64,000 nt of DNA, taken from NCBI GenBank assembly GCA_050951325.1, contig JBMNIW010000003.1:128001-192000 (forward strand). Direction: 5' to 3'. This document shows, piece by piece, positions 31,309-42,821 of the stretch (its first letter is position 1; each line of letters opens with the position of its first letter). The position numbers and the translations under genes were made by a program. The notes under the pieces are model-generated. The model did no database searches. It was not told the origin of the DNA and was given only the letters and a program-made list of their open reading frames with translations. Source of the DNA: Clostridia bacterium. Its GTDB lineage: Bacteria > Bacillota > Clostridia > UBA1212 > DUPL01.

Positions 31309-32238
31309 TTATCCCTCCTGTAGATATTTCAAACTAACTCTGTTGATATTATCAAGAACATCCTCATGGCTGCACACATTACTTCCTTCTTTTAAACAGG
31401 TCATTGTGCCAGCGCAAGTTGCAAATCTTGCAGTTGTATCCAAATCAAAACCATTAATTATTGATAACGCCATTGCAGCTGTCATGGCATCACCTGCACC
31501 AACAGTGCTTATGCTTTGTATGGGAAAAGTCTCGGCAAATAGGAATCTTCCCTCTTTGAAAAACAGTGCTCCTTCTTTTCCCATGGAGACAGCTATCAAA
31601 GTTGCACCGTCTTTTATTTCTTTCACCGCATCAACTATATCGTTAATATCTTTCAACTTTCTATCAACAATGGATTCAAGTTCAAATACATTCGGTTTTA
31701 TTGCATACGGATTTTCCTTCAAACCATATACAAGAAACCTGCCATGAGCATCCAGCAGGGTTTTTGAACCCTTCTTTTTTGCAATCTTAATAAGAATTGC
31801 ATAAATATCATCAGGAACACCCTTTGGAATACTTCCTGATAAAACAACAATGCCCTTTTTGGGGCATAGTTCTTCATATAATTCAATAAATGCAGTCAAA
31901 TCTTTCTTGTGTATGCAAAAACCCTTCTCATTAAGCTCTGTTACAGTACCTGTGCTCAAATCATTTATCTTTGTATTTACCCTTAAGGCTCCCTCCACCA
32001 GATAAAATCTGTTACGTATGCCGATTCTGTCTATTTTATCAACATGGCTTTCCGTCATAAAGCCTGTGGCAATATTGTCAATTCCAAAATTGAACAAGGC
32101 TTTGGAAACATTGATTCCTTTTCCACCCATATCAATGTGTGTATTTTCTATGTAGTTTGTTGCTCCCAATTTGAATCCCTTTATATAAACGGTTTTGTCT
32201 ATGGAAGGATTCAAAGTAACAGTCAAAACCCTTGTCAA
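31309..32238 (-). CDS. 1-phosphofructokinase-family (PfkB) sugar-phosphate kinase
   Basis: TVTLNPSID, GGKGINVS, KPN..EL, STVGAGD. Confidence 0.9.
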   Translation of the reverse strand: MTRVLTVTLNPSIDKTVYIKGFKLGATNYIENTHIDMGGKGINVSKALFNFGIDNIATGFMTESHVDKIDRIGIRNRFYLVEGALRVNTKINDLSTGTVTELNEKGFCIHKKDLTAFIELYEELCPKKGIVVLSGSIPKGVPDDIYAILIKIAKKKGSKTLLDAHGRFLVYGLKENPYAIKPNVFELESIVDRKLKDINDIVDAVKEIKDGATLIAVSMGKEGALFFKEGRFLFAETFPIQSISTVGAGDAMTAAMALSIINGFDLDTTARFATCAGTMTCLKEGSNVCSHEDVLDNINRVSLKYLQEG

Positions 32239-33135
32239 CTATATCTGCCCCACCCTTATTTTCCGGTTCACAACCTCAAACAATACTTCCTTTACTTTAG
32301 AAAGTTCGCCATCTATATTCAGACTTACAAATCCATTGTTACATTTTACATGAAGCTTCCTGCATTTGAAGAAATTCACTTCCTTCAATTTGCCATGATT
32401 ACCTTTTGCGTACATCGGAAAGAAAATAGGGACTTTGATTCGTCTTACCTTGTCCACCAGACACACGTCGAAACATCCATCTTGAATGTCGGCTCCAGGT
32501 ACTGGAATTATACCTCCACCGTAATATCTGCCATTTGCCACAGCCAGCAGAGTTGTATTGTTGTCAAAGGTTTCCTTATCGTCAACCGTTATAGTCAAGG
32601 GATAGAACTTCATTCTGACAAAAGTTGTGAACACGCTTAAATAGTATGCCAGTCCTTTGGGAATAAACTTATTCTTTTTGTAGGCAATTGCATTTGCAAC
32701 AACCTGTGCATCAAATCCCAAGGACGAAATATTTAAAAAGTACCTGTCGTTTGCCTTGCAAAGATCTATTTCAATATATGAACAGCTTACCGCCCTGTCT
32801 ATAAGCTTTCTTAAGTCCTTTTCTTTTTTGTATCCAAGACTTCTTACAAAGTCGTTTCCAGAGCCAAGTGGTATAGGCACCAAAACAGCTTCCTTGTTGC
32901 CGCTTTCCACGATGCCATTCGCAACTTCATTAAGCGTGCCGTCCCCTCCAATGGAGTATATTCTTATATCGGCATGATTGGCAGCCGCTTCAAAGGCAAG
33001 TTGCCGAGCATGCCAGACATGCTCGGTAACGTTGTATGCATAGGATTCGGTTTTAAGAATATCTTTCAATATCTCAATTACTTCTTCATGTTGTATGCGC
33101 CCAGCTACAGGATTTATTATGAAATAATGGTACAT
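32239..33135 (-). CDS. Diacylglycerol/lipid kinase family protein (YegS/DgkB-like)
   Basis: INPVAG, GGDGTLNEV, GSGNDF, NGRYYGGG, DGE. Confidence 0.9.
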   Translation of the reverse strand: MYHYFIINPVAGRIQHEEVIEILKDILKTESYAYNVTEHVWHARQLAFEAAANHADIRIYSIGGDGTLNEVANGIVESGNKEAVLVPIPLGSGNDFVRSLGYKKEKDLRKLIDRAVSCSYIEIDLCKANDRYFLNISSLGFDAQVVANAIAYKKNKFIPKGLAYYLSVFTTFVRMKFYPLTITVDDKETFDNNTTLLAVANGRYYGGGIIPVPGADIQDGCFDVCLVDKVRRIKVPIFFPMYAKGNHGKLKEVNFFKCRKLHVKCNNGFVSLNIDGELSKVKEVLFEVVNRKIRVGQI

Positions 33136-33155
33136 CTATTAACCCTCAATTATTA

Positions 33156-33455
33156 TTATTCGCTTTCTACTTCCTCTTCCTCTTCATCTTCAAACTGCGA
33201 AATAAATGCTTCGAGAACATTTTTGCAAACCTCTTCGTCCTCTACGAGAGTAAAAATCGGTTCCTTGTTTTCAATTTCCACGCGCATGATAACAACATTC
33301 ATCTCGTCATCGTCTTTCTCTTCCTCTTCGACTGTTGTAATTACTGCGTACAGCTCTTCTTCAACTGCAACAAAATCCAACAATTCAAACGTAAACGTAT
33401 TACCTTCCTCATCAGTCAACTCAAAGATTTGACCAGCTTCAATTTCATTCGCCAT
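33156..33455 (-). CDS. DUF1292-like small acidic protein
   Basis: LTDEEGN..FE motif, very acidic, in its usual position after ruvX. Confidence 0.8.
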   Translation of the reverse strand: MANEIEAGQIFELTDEEGNTFTFELLDFVAVEEELYAVITTVEEEEKDDDEMNVVIMRVEIENKEPIFTLVEDEEVCKNVLEAFISQFEDEEEEEVESE

Positions 33456-33885
33456 TATTTTTTTCCTCCTTAATTATTATGCTGTCAAGATAAGACTGCA
33501 GTATCAATACGGCTGCTATCTCGTCTTTTACACCTTTTCTTCGACTACTAATATTTAAGTCTCTCATAATTCTTCCTGCGGCAACAGTTGTAAGTCTTTC
33601 GTCCCACTTCACGGTTTTTATATCCGGGAACTTTTCTGTCAGTTGTGTTATGAATAAATCTGTTATTTCCGCCCTGGGTCCTTTTGTTCCGTTCATGTTC
33701 AAAGGATACCCCACAACTATAGTTTCTGTCTGGTACTCCTTGATATACTGGCCAATAATGTCAAAAACCTCGTTTTTGTATTTCTTGACATCAATAAATC
33801 CCAATGAAGAAGCAGTCCACCCAAACGCATCGCTTACGCTGACACCTATTCTTCTGTCGCCGTAATCTATACCAAGCACTCTCAT
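33445..33885 (-). CDS. ruvX: RuvX/YqgF resolvase-like nuclease
   Basis: GIDYGDRRIGVSVSD, VGYP, DERLTT, D..AA.LILQSYL. Confidence 0.93.
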   Translation of the reverse strand: MRVLGIDYGDRRIGVSVSDAFGWTASSLGFIDVKKYKNEVFDIIGQYIKEYQTETIVVGYPLNMNGTKGPRAEITDLFITQLTEKFPDIKTVKWDERLTTVAAGRIMRDLNISSRRKGVKDEIAAVLILQSYLDSIIIKEEKNNGE

Positions 33886-33894
33886 AGAGCATCA

Positions 33895-34149
33895 TCAGTC
33901 TTGAGGTGTTTCAAGGTAATATTTGAAGAGCTCTTCCACTATTTCATCCCTTTCAACCCTCGTTACCAGAGCTCTTGCATTCTTGTGATTCGTTATATAT
34001 GTTGGGTCGCCAGACATTATATAACCTACCAACTGGCTTATGGGATTGTAACCTTTTTCCTTCAAGGCTTCATATACTTCCGTAAGCACTACCCTTGTCT
34101 CGTTTTGCTGTTCTTTTTCCCGTTTGTAAAACACAGTCTTGTTATCCAT
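33895..34149 (-). CDS. IreB/ReoM family regulatory phosphoprotein (UPF0297)
   Basis: [26 protein letters not shown] signature. Confidence 0.92.
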   Translation of the reverse strand: MDNKTVFYKREKEQQNETRVVLTEVYEALKEKGYNPISQLVGYIMSGDPTYITNHKNARALVTRVERDEIVEELFKYYLETPQD

Positions 34150-34224
34150 TTTAACCACCCATCCTTAATTGGCTAAGCTAAGTGAATATTATCACACTTG
34201 CATCTTCATAGCAATACAGTATAT

Positions 34225-35523
34225 TTATATTCTTTCACCTATACACTCATTACCTGTAACACCAGTTATCCTGACAAGAATTAATTCGCCTTCCTTAAAA
34301 TCCTCTTCATTGACTACAACCTTTACATAATTGCCGGTATACCCCACACAATCCTTCTCACACAGTACATCCAGAACCTTACCTGTCATGCTGCCAAGAA
34401 ACCTTTGCTCCAAGTCCATTCCAAGAGCAATCATTCTGTCGACTCTTTCCTTCTTCACAGAATTTTCAATCTGATCCTTCATTTTATACGCAACAGTGCC
34501 TTTTCTTGGAGAGAACGGAAACACATGTATGCGTGAAAATCCAACACTCCTTACAAACTCAAGACTTTCCAAAAACTCTTCTTCCGTTTCGCCAGGAAAA
34601 CCAACCATAACATCGGTAGTTATGGCACAGTCTGGCATGTATTTTCTAATCGTGTCCACAATTTCCATGTATTCATCCGTTGTATACTTTCTGTTCATCC
34701 TCTTCAAAACGGAATCACTTCCGCTTTGCAACGACAAATGAAAATGTCTGCAAAACTTTTGGTTTTCGGACAAAGCTTTTATAACTTCATCACTCAAATA
34801 CATGGGATCAAGAGAACCAAGCCTCACCCTCTTTATCTTTTCAACACTTGAAGCAGCGCTTACTGCGTCCTTAAGTGTAACTCTGGGTTCAAGATCCTTT
34901 CCATAGGAAGCCAAATGGATGCCTACAAGCACAACTTCCAAAAATCCCATGTTGGCAACCTTCTCAACCTCATTTCTCAGACTTTCCAATGTCCTGCTTC
35001 TTACAGGACCTCTTGCGTATGGAATTATGCAATACGAGCAAAACTGGGAACAGCCGTCCTGAATCTTTATAAACGCTCTTGTATGGCCTTCAAATCTTGA
35101 AATTGACAGCTCCTCAAACGGCAGTTCAACCCTGAAATCCGTAGCATTTACATCCACCGTAGGCTCATTTGCCTCTTTCTTGTTCTTGAGGAGTTCCTCC
35201 GCCATTTCAAGAAGCTTTGATCTGTTTTGCGTCCCTATTACAATATCCACGCCCTCAATTTGTGCAACCTCATCCGGCGCAACCTGACTGTAGCATCCCA
35301 TAACGGCAACCACCGCATTTGGATTCAGTCTGTGGCATTTTCTTATCATTTGTCTGTTCTTTGCGTCACTCATCTGAGTCACGCTGCAAGTATTGATTAT
35401 ATATACATCTGCTTTTTCGCTAAAGGGTACCACCGTATACCCTTTATTAAGAAACATCTCCAAAACCGCTTCTGTTTCGTATTGATTTACTTTGCATCCT
35501 ATCGTATATGTTGCTACCTTCAT
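34225..35523 (-). CDS. mtaB: tRNA t6A37 methylthiotransferase
   Basis: GCKVNQYETE, NTCSVT, CSQFCSYC, IPYARG. Start ATG 35523 with RBS GAAGGAG. Confidence 0.93.
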   Translation of the reverse strand: MKVATYTIGCKVNQYETEAVLEMFLNKGYTVVPFSEKADVYIINTCSVTQMSDAKNRQMIRKCHRLNPNAVVAVMGCYSQVAPDEVAQIEGVDIVIGTQNRSKLLEMAEELLKNKKEANEPTVDVNATDFRVELPFEELSISRFEGHTRAFIKIQDGCSQFCSYCIIPYARGPVRSRTLESLRNEVEKVANMGFLEVVLVGIHLASYGKDLEPRVTLKDAVSAASSVEKIKRVRLGSLDPMYLSDEVIKALSENQKFCRHFHLSLQSGSDSVLKRMNRKYTTDEYMEIVDTIRKYMPDCAITTDVMVGFPGETEEEFLESLEFVRSVGFSRIHVFPFSPRKGTVAYKMKDQIENSVKKERVDRMIALGMDLEQRFLGSMTGKVLDVLCEKDCVGYTGNYVKVVVNEEDFKEGELILVRITGVTGNECIGERI

Positions 35524-35601
35524 TAATACTCCTTCTGTAATAAAAAGCACATGATTATCCACCATGCGCATTTTACAGTGCATATTTCATTGCAAGAAAG
35601 A

Positions 35602-35844
35602 TTACTCCTCAACAATGAAATCCTTGATTTTGTCAACAAATCCATCGCAGCAGTGGTCCTCGTTGCAGTGCAGTTCCAGCTTGATTGGTCTTGACAAATC
35701 AAGGGAGAATATGCCCATGATTGACTTTGCGTCTACAATATAGCGACCTGAAGAAAGATCCGCTTCACATGTTAGTGTTGTAGCTGCATTAACAAATCTT
35801 TTAACATCGTCGATCGATTTCAACATGATCATGTAAGTCTTCAT
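35602..35844 (-). CDS. HPr-like protein lacking the His15 segment
   Basis: DAKSIMG (Ser46 motif) is present; there is no GLHARP motif. Confidence 0.85.
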   Translation of the reverse strand: MKTYMIMLKSIDDVKRFVNAATTLTCEADLSSGRYIVDAKSIMGIFSLDLSRPIKLELHCNEDHCCDGFVDKIKDFIVEE

Positions 35845-35940
35845 TAAAACACACTTCCTTTTCATCTTTTACTATTGGTAAAATAAAACCATAGTCTTAT
35901 AGTAATTTAATCTGCCACTTTTGTCAACAACATTATGCCC

Positions 35941-36207
35941 CTATAAAACGCTAAAAACAATATCAAAAACCAATACCAATATTATGATAAAACTAACGAA
36001 ATCAAAGCTGAAATTATCTATGTTGTCCGCTCTCGAATCCTTGATGACTTCCGCCTTCACAAGAGAAATATAGCAGCCAAAAAGAAACAAGAGTCCTGCA
36101 ACAATATATATAAAGGAAAACTTCTTTACCATTATCCATACGGCTGTTGCAAGATAAGATGCTAAAAATACAAGTCTCAATTTGGGTCTTATGTTTAAGA
36201 ATTTCAT
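35941..36207 (-). CDS. Small hypothetical membrane protein (about 3 TM helices)
   Basis: Hydrophobic segments; RBS AAGGAG upstream of ATG 36207; start uncertain. Confidence 0.55.
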   Translation of the reverse strand: MKFLNIRPKLRLVFLASYLATAVWIMVKKFSFIYIVAGLLFLFGCYISLVKAEVIKDSRADNIDNFSFDFVSFIIILVLVFDIVFSVL

Positions 36208-36355
36208 AAGCTTCACAACTCCTTTATTGAAGTATAATTTAATCAAAAACTTCTGTAAAGGTATACCATTTCTATCAATGGAGGATAAAGTTTTTCTCAT
36301 GAACAAATAATATGATTTGGAAAGGAAAACTTCATCAAATGATAACATCTTTTCA

Positions 36356-36384
36356 TTGACACTGTAACACTATCATGTTACAAT
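36356..36384 (+). promoter_or_regulatory. Sigma-A promoter with overlapping palindromic operator for the dehydrogenase operon
   Basis: TTGACA (36356-61), 17 bp spacer, TACAAT (36379-84) preceded by TGn; palindrome TGTAACA-N6-TGTTACA at 36363-36382. Confidence 0.7.
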
Positions 36385-36449
36385 TTAACAAGCAGAATGT
36401 TCCAAAGTAACATTCCGTGATAATTTTAAACTTTGCAAGGAGGTCAACT

Positions 36450-38174
36450 ATGGCTACAGCAGTAATAATGCCTAGACAAGGGCAGACAGTTGAGAGTTGT
36501 ATAATCTCAAACTGGCACAAAAAAGTTGGCGACAAGGTTAATGTTGGTGACATTCTATTCACTTACGAAACCGACAAGGCTACCTTTGACGAGGAAGCAA
36601 AAGTCGAAGGAACTTTGCTCGCAATCTTCTTCCAGGAGGGAGACGATGTGCCGGTTCTAACAAATGTCTGCGTTATTGGCAATGAAGGCGAGGATTATAA
36701 CGAATTCATACCTGAAGGAGCCGACACGCAGAAAGCGGAAGAAATAAAGCCAGCGGAAGAAAAAGTGGAGGTAAAGGTCGAGAAAGTTGCAAAAAAAGCA
36801 ACAGGCCAGTCCAATGCAACACCTGTTATCATGCCAAGACAGGGTAACACTGTTGAAAGCTGTATTATTTCACAGTGGCACAAAAAAGTTGGCGACAAGG
36901 TTAATGTTGGCGACATACTTTTCACTTATGAAACCGACAAGGCTACATTTGACGCAGAAGCAAAAGTCGAAGGAACTTTACTTGCCATCTTCTTTGAAGA
37001 AGGCGACGACGTACCAGTTTTAATGAATGTTGCTGCAATTGGTGAAGAAGGAGACGACTACTCCGATTTCATACCAGGCGGCGTAGCAGAAGTGGAAGAA
37101 GAAGTGGCCGCACCAGCACCTGCAGCTGCACCACAAGCACCTGTAAAGCAGGTTGCTGCGGAAGAGAAAGCAAGTGTTACAGATACCGGCAGAATCATGA
37201 TTTCCCCACGCGCTCGCAATCTGGCAGAGAAAGCAGGAGTAAATCCAATGTTCGTCAGCGGCAAGGGACCTTACGGCAGAATTATAGAGAGCGATATAAA
37301 AGATTTTATTGCACAAGGTGGAGCAACCACATACGCTGCAATGGACAAGGCAACAAAGGATATGGCCGGAACAGGCATTGGTGGAAGAGTTACCACTTCC
37401 GATTTGACTGCACAACCGGCACCACAAGCACAGGTAGCTGCCAGCACACCTGCACCTGTAAAGGAAGCTGCTCCATTTGTAGAGTACGAAGATGTAAAGC
37501 TGCCTAATATTAGGAAGGTAATTGCAAAAGCAATGCATCACTCCTTGTCCAGCATGGCCCAACTTACACTGAATGCTTCATTCGATGCTACAAACATTAT
37601 GGAGTTCAGAAAACAGGTCAAGGCCAACAAGGACAAACTTGGTCTGGAAAACATTACAATCAACGACATTATTCTTTATGCAGTGTCCAGAACAGTACTC
37701 AACCACAGGGATTGCAATGCTCATTTCCTTGATGACACAATGAGATACTTCAACACTGTAAATCTCGGTGTTGCAGTGGATACACCTAGAGGACTTATGG
37801 TTCCAACCCTGTTCAATGCAGAGAGAAAGTCTCTTAACGAGATTTCAAAAGAGGCAAAATCAATTGCACAGATGGCGCAAAGCGGAAATATTAATCCCGA
37901 TCTGCTTCAAGGTGGTACAATTACAATAACCAATCTTGGTACTTTGGGCATCGAGTCCTTTACACCTGTAATCAACCCACCACAGACTTGCATATTGGGA
38001 GTCAACACCCTCGAGACAAGGGTCAAGAATGTTAATGGCGAAATGAAGATGTATCAGGCCATGACCTTGTCACTGACCTTTGACCACAGGGCGCTTGACG
38101 GAGCACCTGCCGCAAGATTCTTGCAGGAGCTTTGCAGGAACCTTGAAAACTTTTCAATATTACTAGCAAAATAA
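36450..38174 (+). CDS. 2-oxoacid dehydrogenase E2 (dihydrolipoamide acyltransferase) with two lipoyl domains
   Basis: Two ETDKATF lipoyl motifs, ISPRAR subunit-binding domain, DHRALDG catalytic motif; RBS AGGAGG. Confidence 0.93.
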   Translation: MATAVIMPRQGQTVESCIISNWHKKVGDKVNVGDILFTYETDKATFDEEAKVEGTLLAIFFQEGDDVPVLTNVCVIGNEGEDYNEFIPEGADTQKAEEIKPAEEKVEVKVEKVAKKATGQSNATPVIMPRQGNTVESCIISQWHKKVGDKVNVGDILFTYETDKATFDAEAKVEGTLLAIFFEEGDDVPVLMNVAAIGEEGDDYSDFIPGGVAEVEEEVAAPAPAAAPQAPVKQVAAEEKASVTDTGRIMISPRARNLAEKAGVNPMFVSGKGPYGRIIESDIKDFIAQGGATTYAAMDKATKDMAGTGIGGRVTTSDLTAQPAPQAQVAASTPAPVKEAAPFVEYEDVKLPNIRKVIAKAMHHSLSSMAQLTLNASFDATNIMEFRKQVKANKDKLGLENITINDIILYAVSRTVLNHRDCNAHFLDDTMRYFNTVNLGVAVDTPRGLMVPTLFNAERKSLNEISKEAKSIAQMAQSGNINPDLLQGGTITITNLGTLGIESFTPVINPPQTCILGVNTLETRVKNVNGEMKMYQAMTLSLTFDHRALDGAPAARFLQELCRNLENFSILLAK

Positions 38175-38188
38175 ATGAGGTGTGATAT

Positions 38189-39553
38189 ATGGTTTATGAT
38201 TTGATAGTTATAGGTGGCGGACCTGCCGGTTATCTGGCAGCGGAACGCGCAGGCAAGGAAGGCTTTAAGGTTCTGCTTGTTGAAAAAAGATTCATCGGCG
38301 GAGTTTGTCTGAACGAAGGATGTATTCCTTCAAAGGCCCTTCTCTACTCTGCAAAACTCTATGACGGAGTTGCAAATGGAGAAAAATACGGAGTTACTGC
38401 AAAGGAACTCAAGCTCGACCATGATTATGTAATCAAAAGAAAGAACAAGGTTGTAAGGACTCTTGTTGGCGGTATTAATTCTTCACTTAAGAAGAACAAG
38501 GTAACCGTTGTCATGAAGGAAGGTACTATCACCGGAAGAAATGCTGACGGATTTACCGTAAAGGCTGGCGATGATGTCTACACCGGCAAAAAACTCCTCA
38601 TTGCTACAGGTTCCGTGCCTGTCGTACCCCCTATTCCAGGTGTCAAGGAAGGTCTTGAATCAGGATTTGTCCTCACAAACAGAGAGATTCTGGATCTTAC
38701 GGAAGTGCCAAAGGAATTGTGTATTGTTGGCGGCGGAGTCATAGGACTTGAAATGGCCTCATATTTCAACTCAGCAGGTTCCAATGTAACCGTGGTTGAA
38801 ATGATGGACAAGATTGCAGGTCCGATGGACAGGGAAATATCCGAAATTCTTCTTAAGAACTACCAGAAGAAAGGTATCACCTTCAATCTGGGCAGCAGGG
38901 TAACTGAAGTCAAGGCAGGCATGGTAATATATGAAAAGGATGGCAAATCCTACGAAGTTCCATGCGACAAGGTACTTCTCAGCATCGGAAGAAGAGCCTT
39001 CACCGAAGGTCTTGGTCTTGAAACCATAGGCGTAGAGGTTGAAAGAGGTAGAATCATAACCGATGAGCGCAGCAGGACAAATATTGCTGGCGTATACGCA
39101 GCCGGCGACGTCAACGGCAAATCCATGCTGGCACACACCGCTTACAGGGAAACCGAAGTTGCCTTGAATGACATTCTTGGCAAGAAGGATATCATGCGCT
39201 ACAACGCAATCCCATCCGTTATCTACACCAACCCCGAGGTCGCTGCGGTTGGCGAAACTGAAGAAACTGCAAAAGCCAAGGGAATTGACTTTGAAGTTGT
39301 CAAGCTTTCAATGATGTATTCAGGCAGATACGTTGCTGAAAACGAAGGTGGCGACGGCATCATCAAGATACTCATTGACAAGAAGTATAGAAATGTTATT
39401 GGCGTTCACATGATTGGCAATTATTCATCAGAAATAATTTACGGTGCTGGAATAATGATTGAAACCCAGATGAGAATTGACGACATCAAGGAAATCGTAT
39501 TCCCTCATCCAACAGTTTGTGAAGTCATTAGAGAAGGAATATTTGAATTTTAA
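38189..39553 (+). CDS. lpdA: Dihydrolipoyl dehydrogenase E3
   Basis: GGGPAGY, CLNEGC redox disulfide, HPTVCE. Confidence 0.95.
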   Translation: MVYDLIVIGGGPAGYLAAERAGKEGFKVLLVEKRFIGGVCLNEGCIPSKALLYSAKLYDGVANGEKYGVTAKELKLDHDYVIKRKNKVVRTLVGGINSSLKKNKVTVVMKEGTITGRNADGFTVKAGDDVYTGKKLLIATGSVPVVPPIPGVKEGLESGFVLTNREILDLTEVPKELCIVGGGVIGLEMASYFNSAGSNVTVVEMMDKIAGPMDREISEILLKNYQKKGITFNLGSRVTEVKAGMVIYEKDGKSYEVPCDKVLLSIGRRAFTEGLGLETIGVEVERGRIITDERSRTNIAGVYAAGDVNGKSMLAHTAYRETEVALNDILGKKDIMRYNAIPSVIYTNPEVAAVGETEETAKAKGIDFEVVKLSMMYSGRYVAENEGGDGIIKILIDKKYRNVIGVHMIGNYSSEIIYGAGIMIETQMRIDDIKEIVFPHPTVCEVIREGIFEF

Positions 39554-39573
39554 AGTATAAAGGAGTGTATGAA

Positions 39574-42045
39574 ATGCCTAAATCTCTATTTATTGATCCA
39601 AAAGAAGTTAGAAAAAGCGATTGGATTGAGTTTGGTAAGATACCTGTAAACCAATACAATAAATCAATCGAGGAAGAAAAAGAAAACTATACTACCGACG
39701 ATTTTCTGAGAATCTATACCCATATGAAAATTATTAATGAATTTGAGGGTATGATTAACAGCATTAAAACCACCGGCGAATACAACGGTATTGCCTACAA
39801 CCATCCAGGACCTGCCCATCTGTCAATTGGTCAGGAAGCTTCCGCTGTTGGTCAGGCTTACCTTTTGACAGTTGACGATTTCATCTTCGGTTCCCACAGA
39901 AGCCATGGTGAAATTCTTGCAAAAGGTCTTTCAGCCATTCATCAACTGGACGACAACAAGCTCATGGAAATCATGGAAAGTTACTTTGATGGTGCAATAC
40001 TTAAAATAGTTGAGAAAGACCAGAAGAGTGTAAAGGAACTTGCTACAGACTTCCTTATCTATGGAACACTCGCAGAAATTTTTGCCCGCGATACCGGTTT
40101 CCACAGAGGTCTTGGCGGTTCAATGCACGCATTCTTCACACCCTTCGGAATCTATCCAAACAACGCAATAGTTGGTGGAAGTGCAACTATTGCAACAGGA
40201 AGTGCCCTGTTCAAGAAGGTAAACAGAAAGAACGGCATTGTTATTGCGAACATAGGCGACGCATCCCTTGGAAGAGGCCCGGTTTGGGAAGCAATGTGCT
40301 TTGCAACAATGGACCAATTCACCCAGCTTTGGGAAGGCGATATGAACGGCGGACTGCCCATCATATTCAACTTCTTCAACAACCAGTACGGTATGGGAGG
40401 ACAGACCAGCGGAGAAACCATGGGACAAGGATTACTTGCAAGATTTGGCGCTGGCGTAAATCCAGACATGATGCACGCAGAGCGTGTTGACGGATACAAC
40501 CCACTGGCAGTAATCGACGCTATCAGAAGAAAGAAGAGAATAATCGAAGAAAAGAGAGGTCCAGTGCTTCTAGATACACTCACCTACAGAGTATCCGGAC
40601 ACTCACCTTCCGATGCATCCAGCTACAGAAGCAAGGACGAAATCGACGCTTGGATCGAGGCAAACGCTATCGACGAGTACAAGAACAAGCTGATCGATGC
40701 AAAGGTTGCTACAGAAGACCAGTTCAACGAAATCAGCGAACAGGTTACTACATTGATTACAAAACTCACTGCTATGTCTGTGGACGAAAAGGTATCACCA
40801 CGCATGGATCTTGTAAAGAACCCACGCGCTATAGAAGACCTTATGTTCTCCAACGAGCATGTCGAGAAGATGGAAGACAGAGAGCCGGAAGTATTGATGC
40901 CTCTTGAAGAAAATCCACGTGTCAAGCAGCTTAAGAGAAAAGAAAGATTTGCTTTCGACAAGGATGGCAAACCCGTATCCAAGAACAGGGTATTCCAGCT
41001 CAGGGATGCATTGTTCGAATCAATTATAGAGAAGTTCTACACCGACCCAACATTGGTTGCATACGGTGAGGAAAACAGAGACTGGGGCGGAGCTTTTGCA
41101 GTGTATAGAGGACTTACCGAGTCACTTCCATATCACAGACTGTTCAACTCCCCTATTTCCGAGGCCGCTATCGTAGGCTCAGCGGTTGGTTACGCACTCA
41201 GCGGTGGCCGCGCTATCGTAGAGCTTATGTACGCAGACTTTATAGGATGCGCAGGAGACGAAATCTTCAACCAGATGTCTAAGTGGCAGGCAATGAGTGC
41301 TGGTGTATTGAAGATGCCTGTAGTACTGAGAGTATCCGTTGGTTCAAAATACGGTGCACAACACTCACAGGATTGGACTACGTTGTGTGCTCACATTCCC
41401 GGACTGAAGGTAGCCTTCCCTGCTACTCCATACGATGCAAAAGGTCTTATGAACAGTGCTCTTTCCGGAACCGATCCAGTAGTATTCTTTGAGAGCCAGA
41501 GAATTTACGATATCGGCGAGATGTTCCACGAAGGCGGAGTGCCAGAAGAATATTACGAAATCCCATTTGGCGAGCCTGATATAAAGAAGGCAGGAAGCGA
41601 CATCACAATACTTACAGTTGGAGCTACTCTGTACACAGCTCTTGAGGCTGCAAAAATCCTCGAAGAGAAGTATGGAATCTCAGCTGAAGTTATTGATGCA
41701 AGAACTCTCGTTCCTTTCAACTACGAAAAAGTGCTTGAGTCCGTCAAGAAGACAGGCCGCATAGTACTTGCCAGCGATGCAGTACAGCGTGGTTCATATC
41801 TGAACGACATTGCACAGAACATCAGTGAGATGGCATTTGATTATCTGGATGCCCCACCTGTTGTAGTTGGCTCAAAGAACTGGATTACACCAGCTCACGA
41901 ATACGAGCAGTTCTTCTTCCCACAACCATCCTGGTTCCTTGATGCGATTAATGAAAAGATTCTACCATTAAAGGGACATGAACCTACTCCAGGTGTTAAC
42001 TTCACTACAGGGGAGAGAATAAGAATATCCAAGAAGGGTGTCTAG
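39574..42045 (+). CDS. 2-oxoacid dehydrogenase E1, fused alpha/beta subunits
   Basis: HLSIGQE, HRSHG, ThDP motif GDA...[16 protein letters not shown], transketolase-like C-terminal domain. Confidence 0.9.
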   Translation: MPKSLFIDPKEVRKSDWIEFGKIPVNQYNKSIEEEKENYTTDDFLRIYTHMKIINEFEGMINSIKTTGEYNGIAYNHPGPAHLSIGQEASAVGQAYLLTVDDFIFGSHRSHGEILAKGLSAIHQLDDNKLMEIMESYFDGAILKIVEKDQKSVKELATDFLIYGTLAEIFARDTGFHRGLGGSMHAFFTPFGIYPNNAIVGGSATIATGSALFKKVNRKNGIVIANIGDASLGRGPVWEAMCFATMDQFTQLWEGDMNGGLPIIFNFFNNQYGMGGQTSGETMGQGLLARFGAGVNPDMMHAERVDGYNPLAVIDAIRRKKRIIEEKRGPVLLDTLTYRVSGHSPSDASSYRSKDEIDAWIEANAIDEYKNKLIDAKVATEDQFNEISEQVTTLITKLTAMSVDEKVSPRMDLVKNPRAIEDLMFSNEHVEKMEDREPEVLMPLEENPRVKQLKRKERFAFDKDGKPVSKNRVFQLRDALFESIIEKFYTDPTLVAYGEENRDWGGAFAVYRGLTESLPYHRLFNSPISEAAIVGSAVGYALSGGRAIVELMYADFIGCAGDEIFNQMSKWQAMSAGVLKMPVVLRVSVGSKYGAQHSQDWTTLCAHIPGLKVAFPATPYDAKGLMNSALSGTDPVVFFESQRIYDIGEMFHEGGVPEEYYEIPFGEPDIKKAGSDITILTVGATLYTALEAAKILEEKYGISAEVIDARTLVPFNYEKVLESVKKTGRIVLASDAVQRGSYLNDIAQNISEMAFDYLDAPPVVVGSKNWITPAHEYEQFFFPQPSWFLDAINEKILPLKGHEPTPGVNFTTGERIRISKKGV

Positions 42046-42814
42046 GTTGTTGAATGAAAGGCAAAATACAATTCTGAACTTAATAGAAGACAAAGGAGAT
42101 GTATCCATACAGGAAATCAGCGATGTGATTTCCGGCGTGTCAGTCATGACGATTCGTCGTGACCTGGCACTCCTTGAAAACGAAGGATACATTCTAAGAA
42201 CCCGTGGTGGTGCTGTAAGCTTAAAAAAGCTTGCAGCTTCACCTACTGGTGAGGAAGACGAATACTCAAGACGTGCCCGTGAAAACATGGAAGAAAAGAA
42301 AATCATTGCAGAAAAAGCCCTAAGGTTTGTCAACAGGGACTGTTCCATGTTCTTCGACTCTGGAAGCACGATTATGAGTCTTGCGTGTATTTTGCCAGAT
42401 GACAGCTACAATATAATTACCACAGGTGCAAACATAGCACAAAAACTGGTATCCAATACCTCCGCATCAGTAATGATGCCCGGTGGTACTGTTAACAAGT
42501 ACACCCTATCCGTATCAGGACCCATTGCACTGGATTTCATAAACAAAGTAAACATAGAAATTGCATTCATGTCCGCATCCGCATTCTCGCTTGAATCGGG
42601 CTTTTCCGTAGCAAACATATATGAGGCGGAATTAAAAAGACATGTCGTAAAAAAAGCAAATAAATCTATTATGTTGTTGGATTCCAGCAAAATAGATAAA
42701 AATCTTCTGTTTACCGTATGTAATTTCAGCGACATTGACGTTCTGATATGCGACAGGAAACTTCCAAAGGAATATCAGGAAAAAGCAAAGAAATTTAATA
42801 TAGAATTGATATAA
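42038..42814 (+). CDS. DeoR/GlpR family transcriptional regulator
   Basis: [28 protein letters not shown]. Confidence 0.93.
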   Translation: MSRLLNERQNTILNLIEDKGDVSIQEISDVISGVSVMTIRRDLALLENEGYILRTRGGAVSLKKLAASPTGEEDEYSRRARENMEEKKIIAEKALRFVNRDCSMFFDSGSTIMSLACILPDDSYNIITTGANIAQKLVSNTSASVMMPGGTVNKYTLSVSGPIALDFINKVNIEIAFMSASAFSLESGFSVANIYEAELKRHVVKKANKSIMLLDSSKIDKNLLFTVCNFSDIDVLICDRKLPKEYQEKAKKFNIELI

Positions 42815-42821
42815 CATGCAA

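Noticed and set aside
36450-37075. Long near-identical DNA repeat in the E2 gene
   Set aside because: Explained by tandem lipoyl domains, which are normal for E2 proteins.
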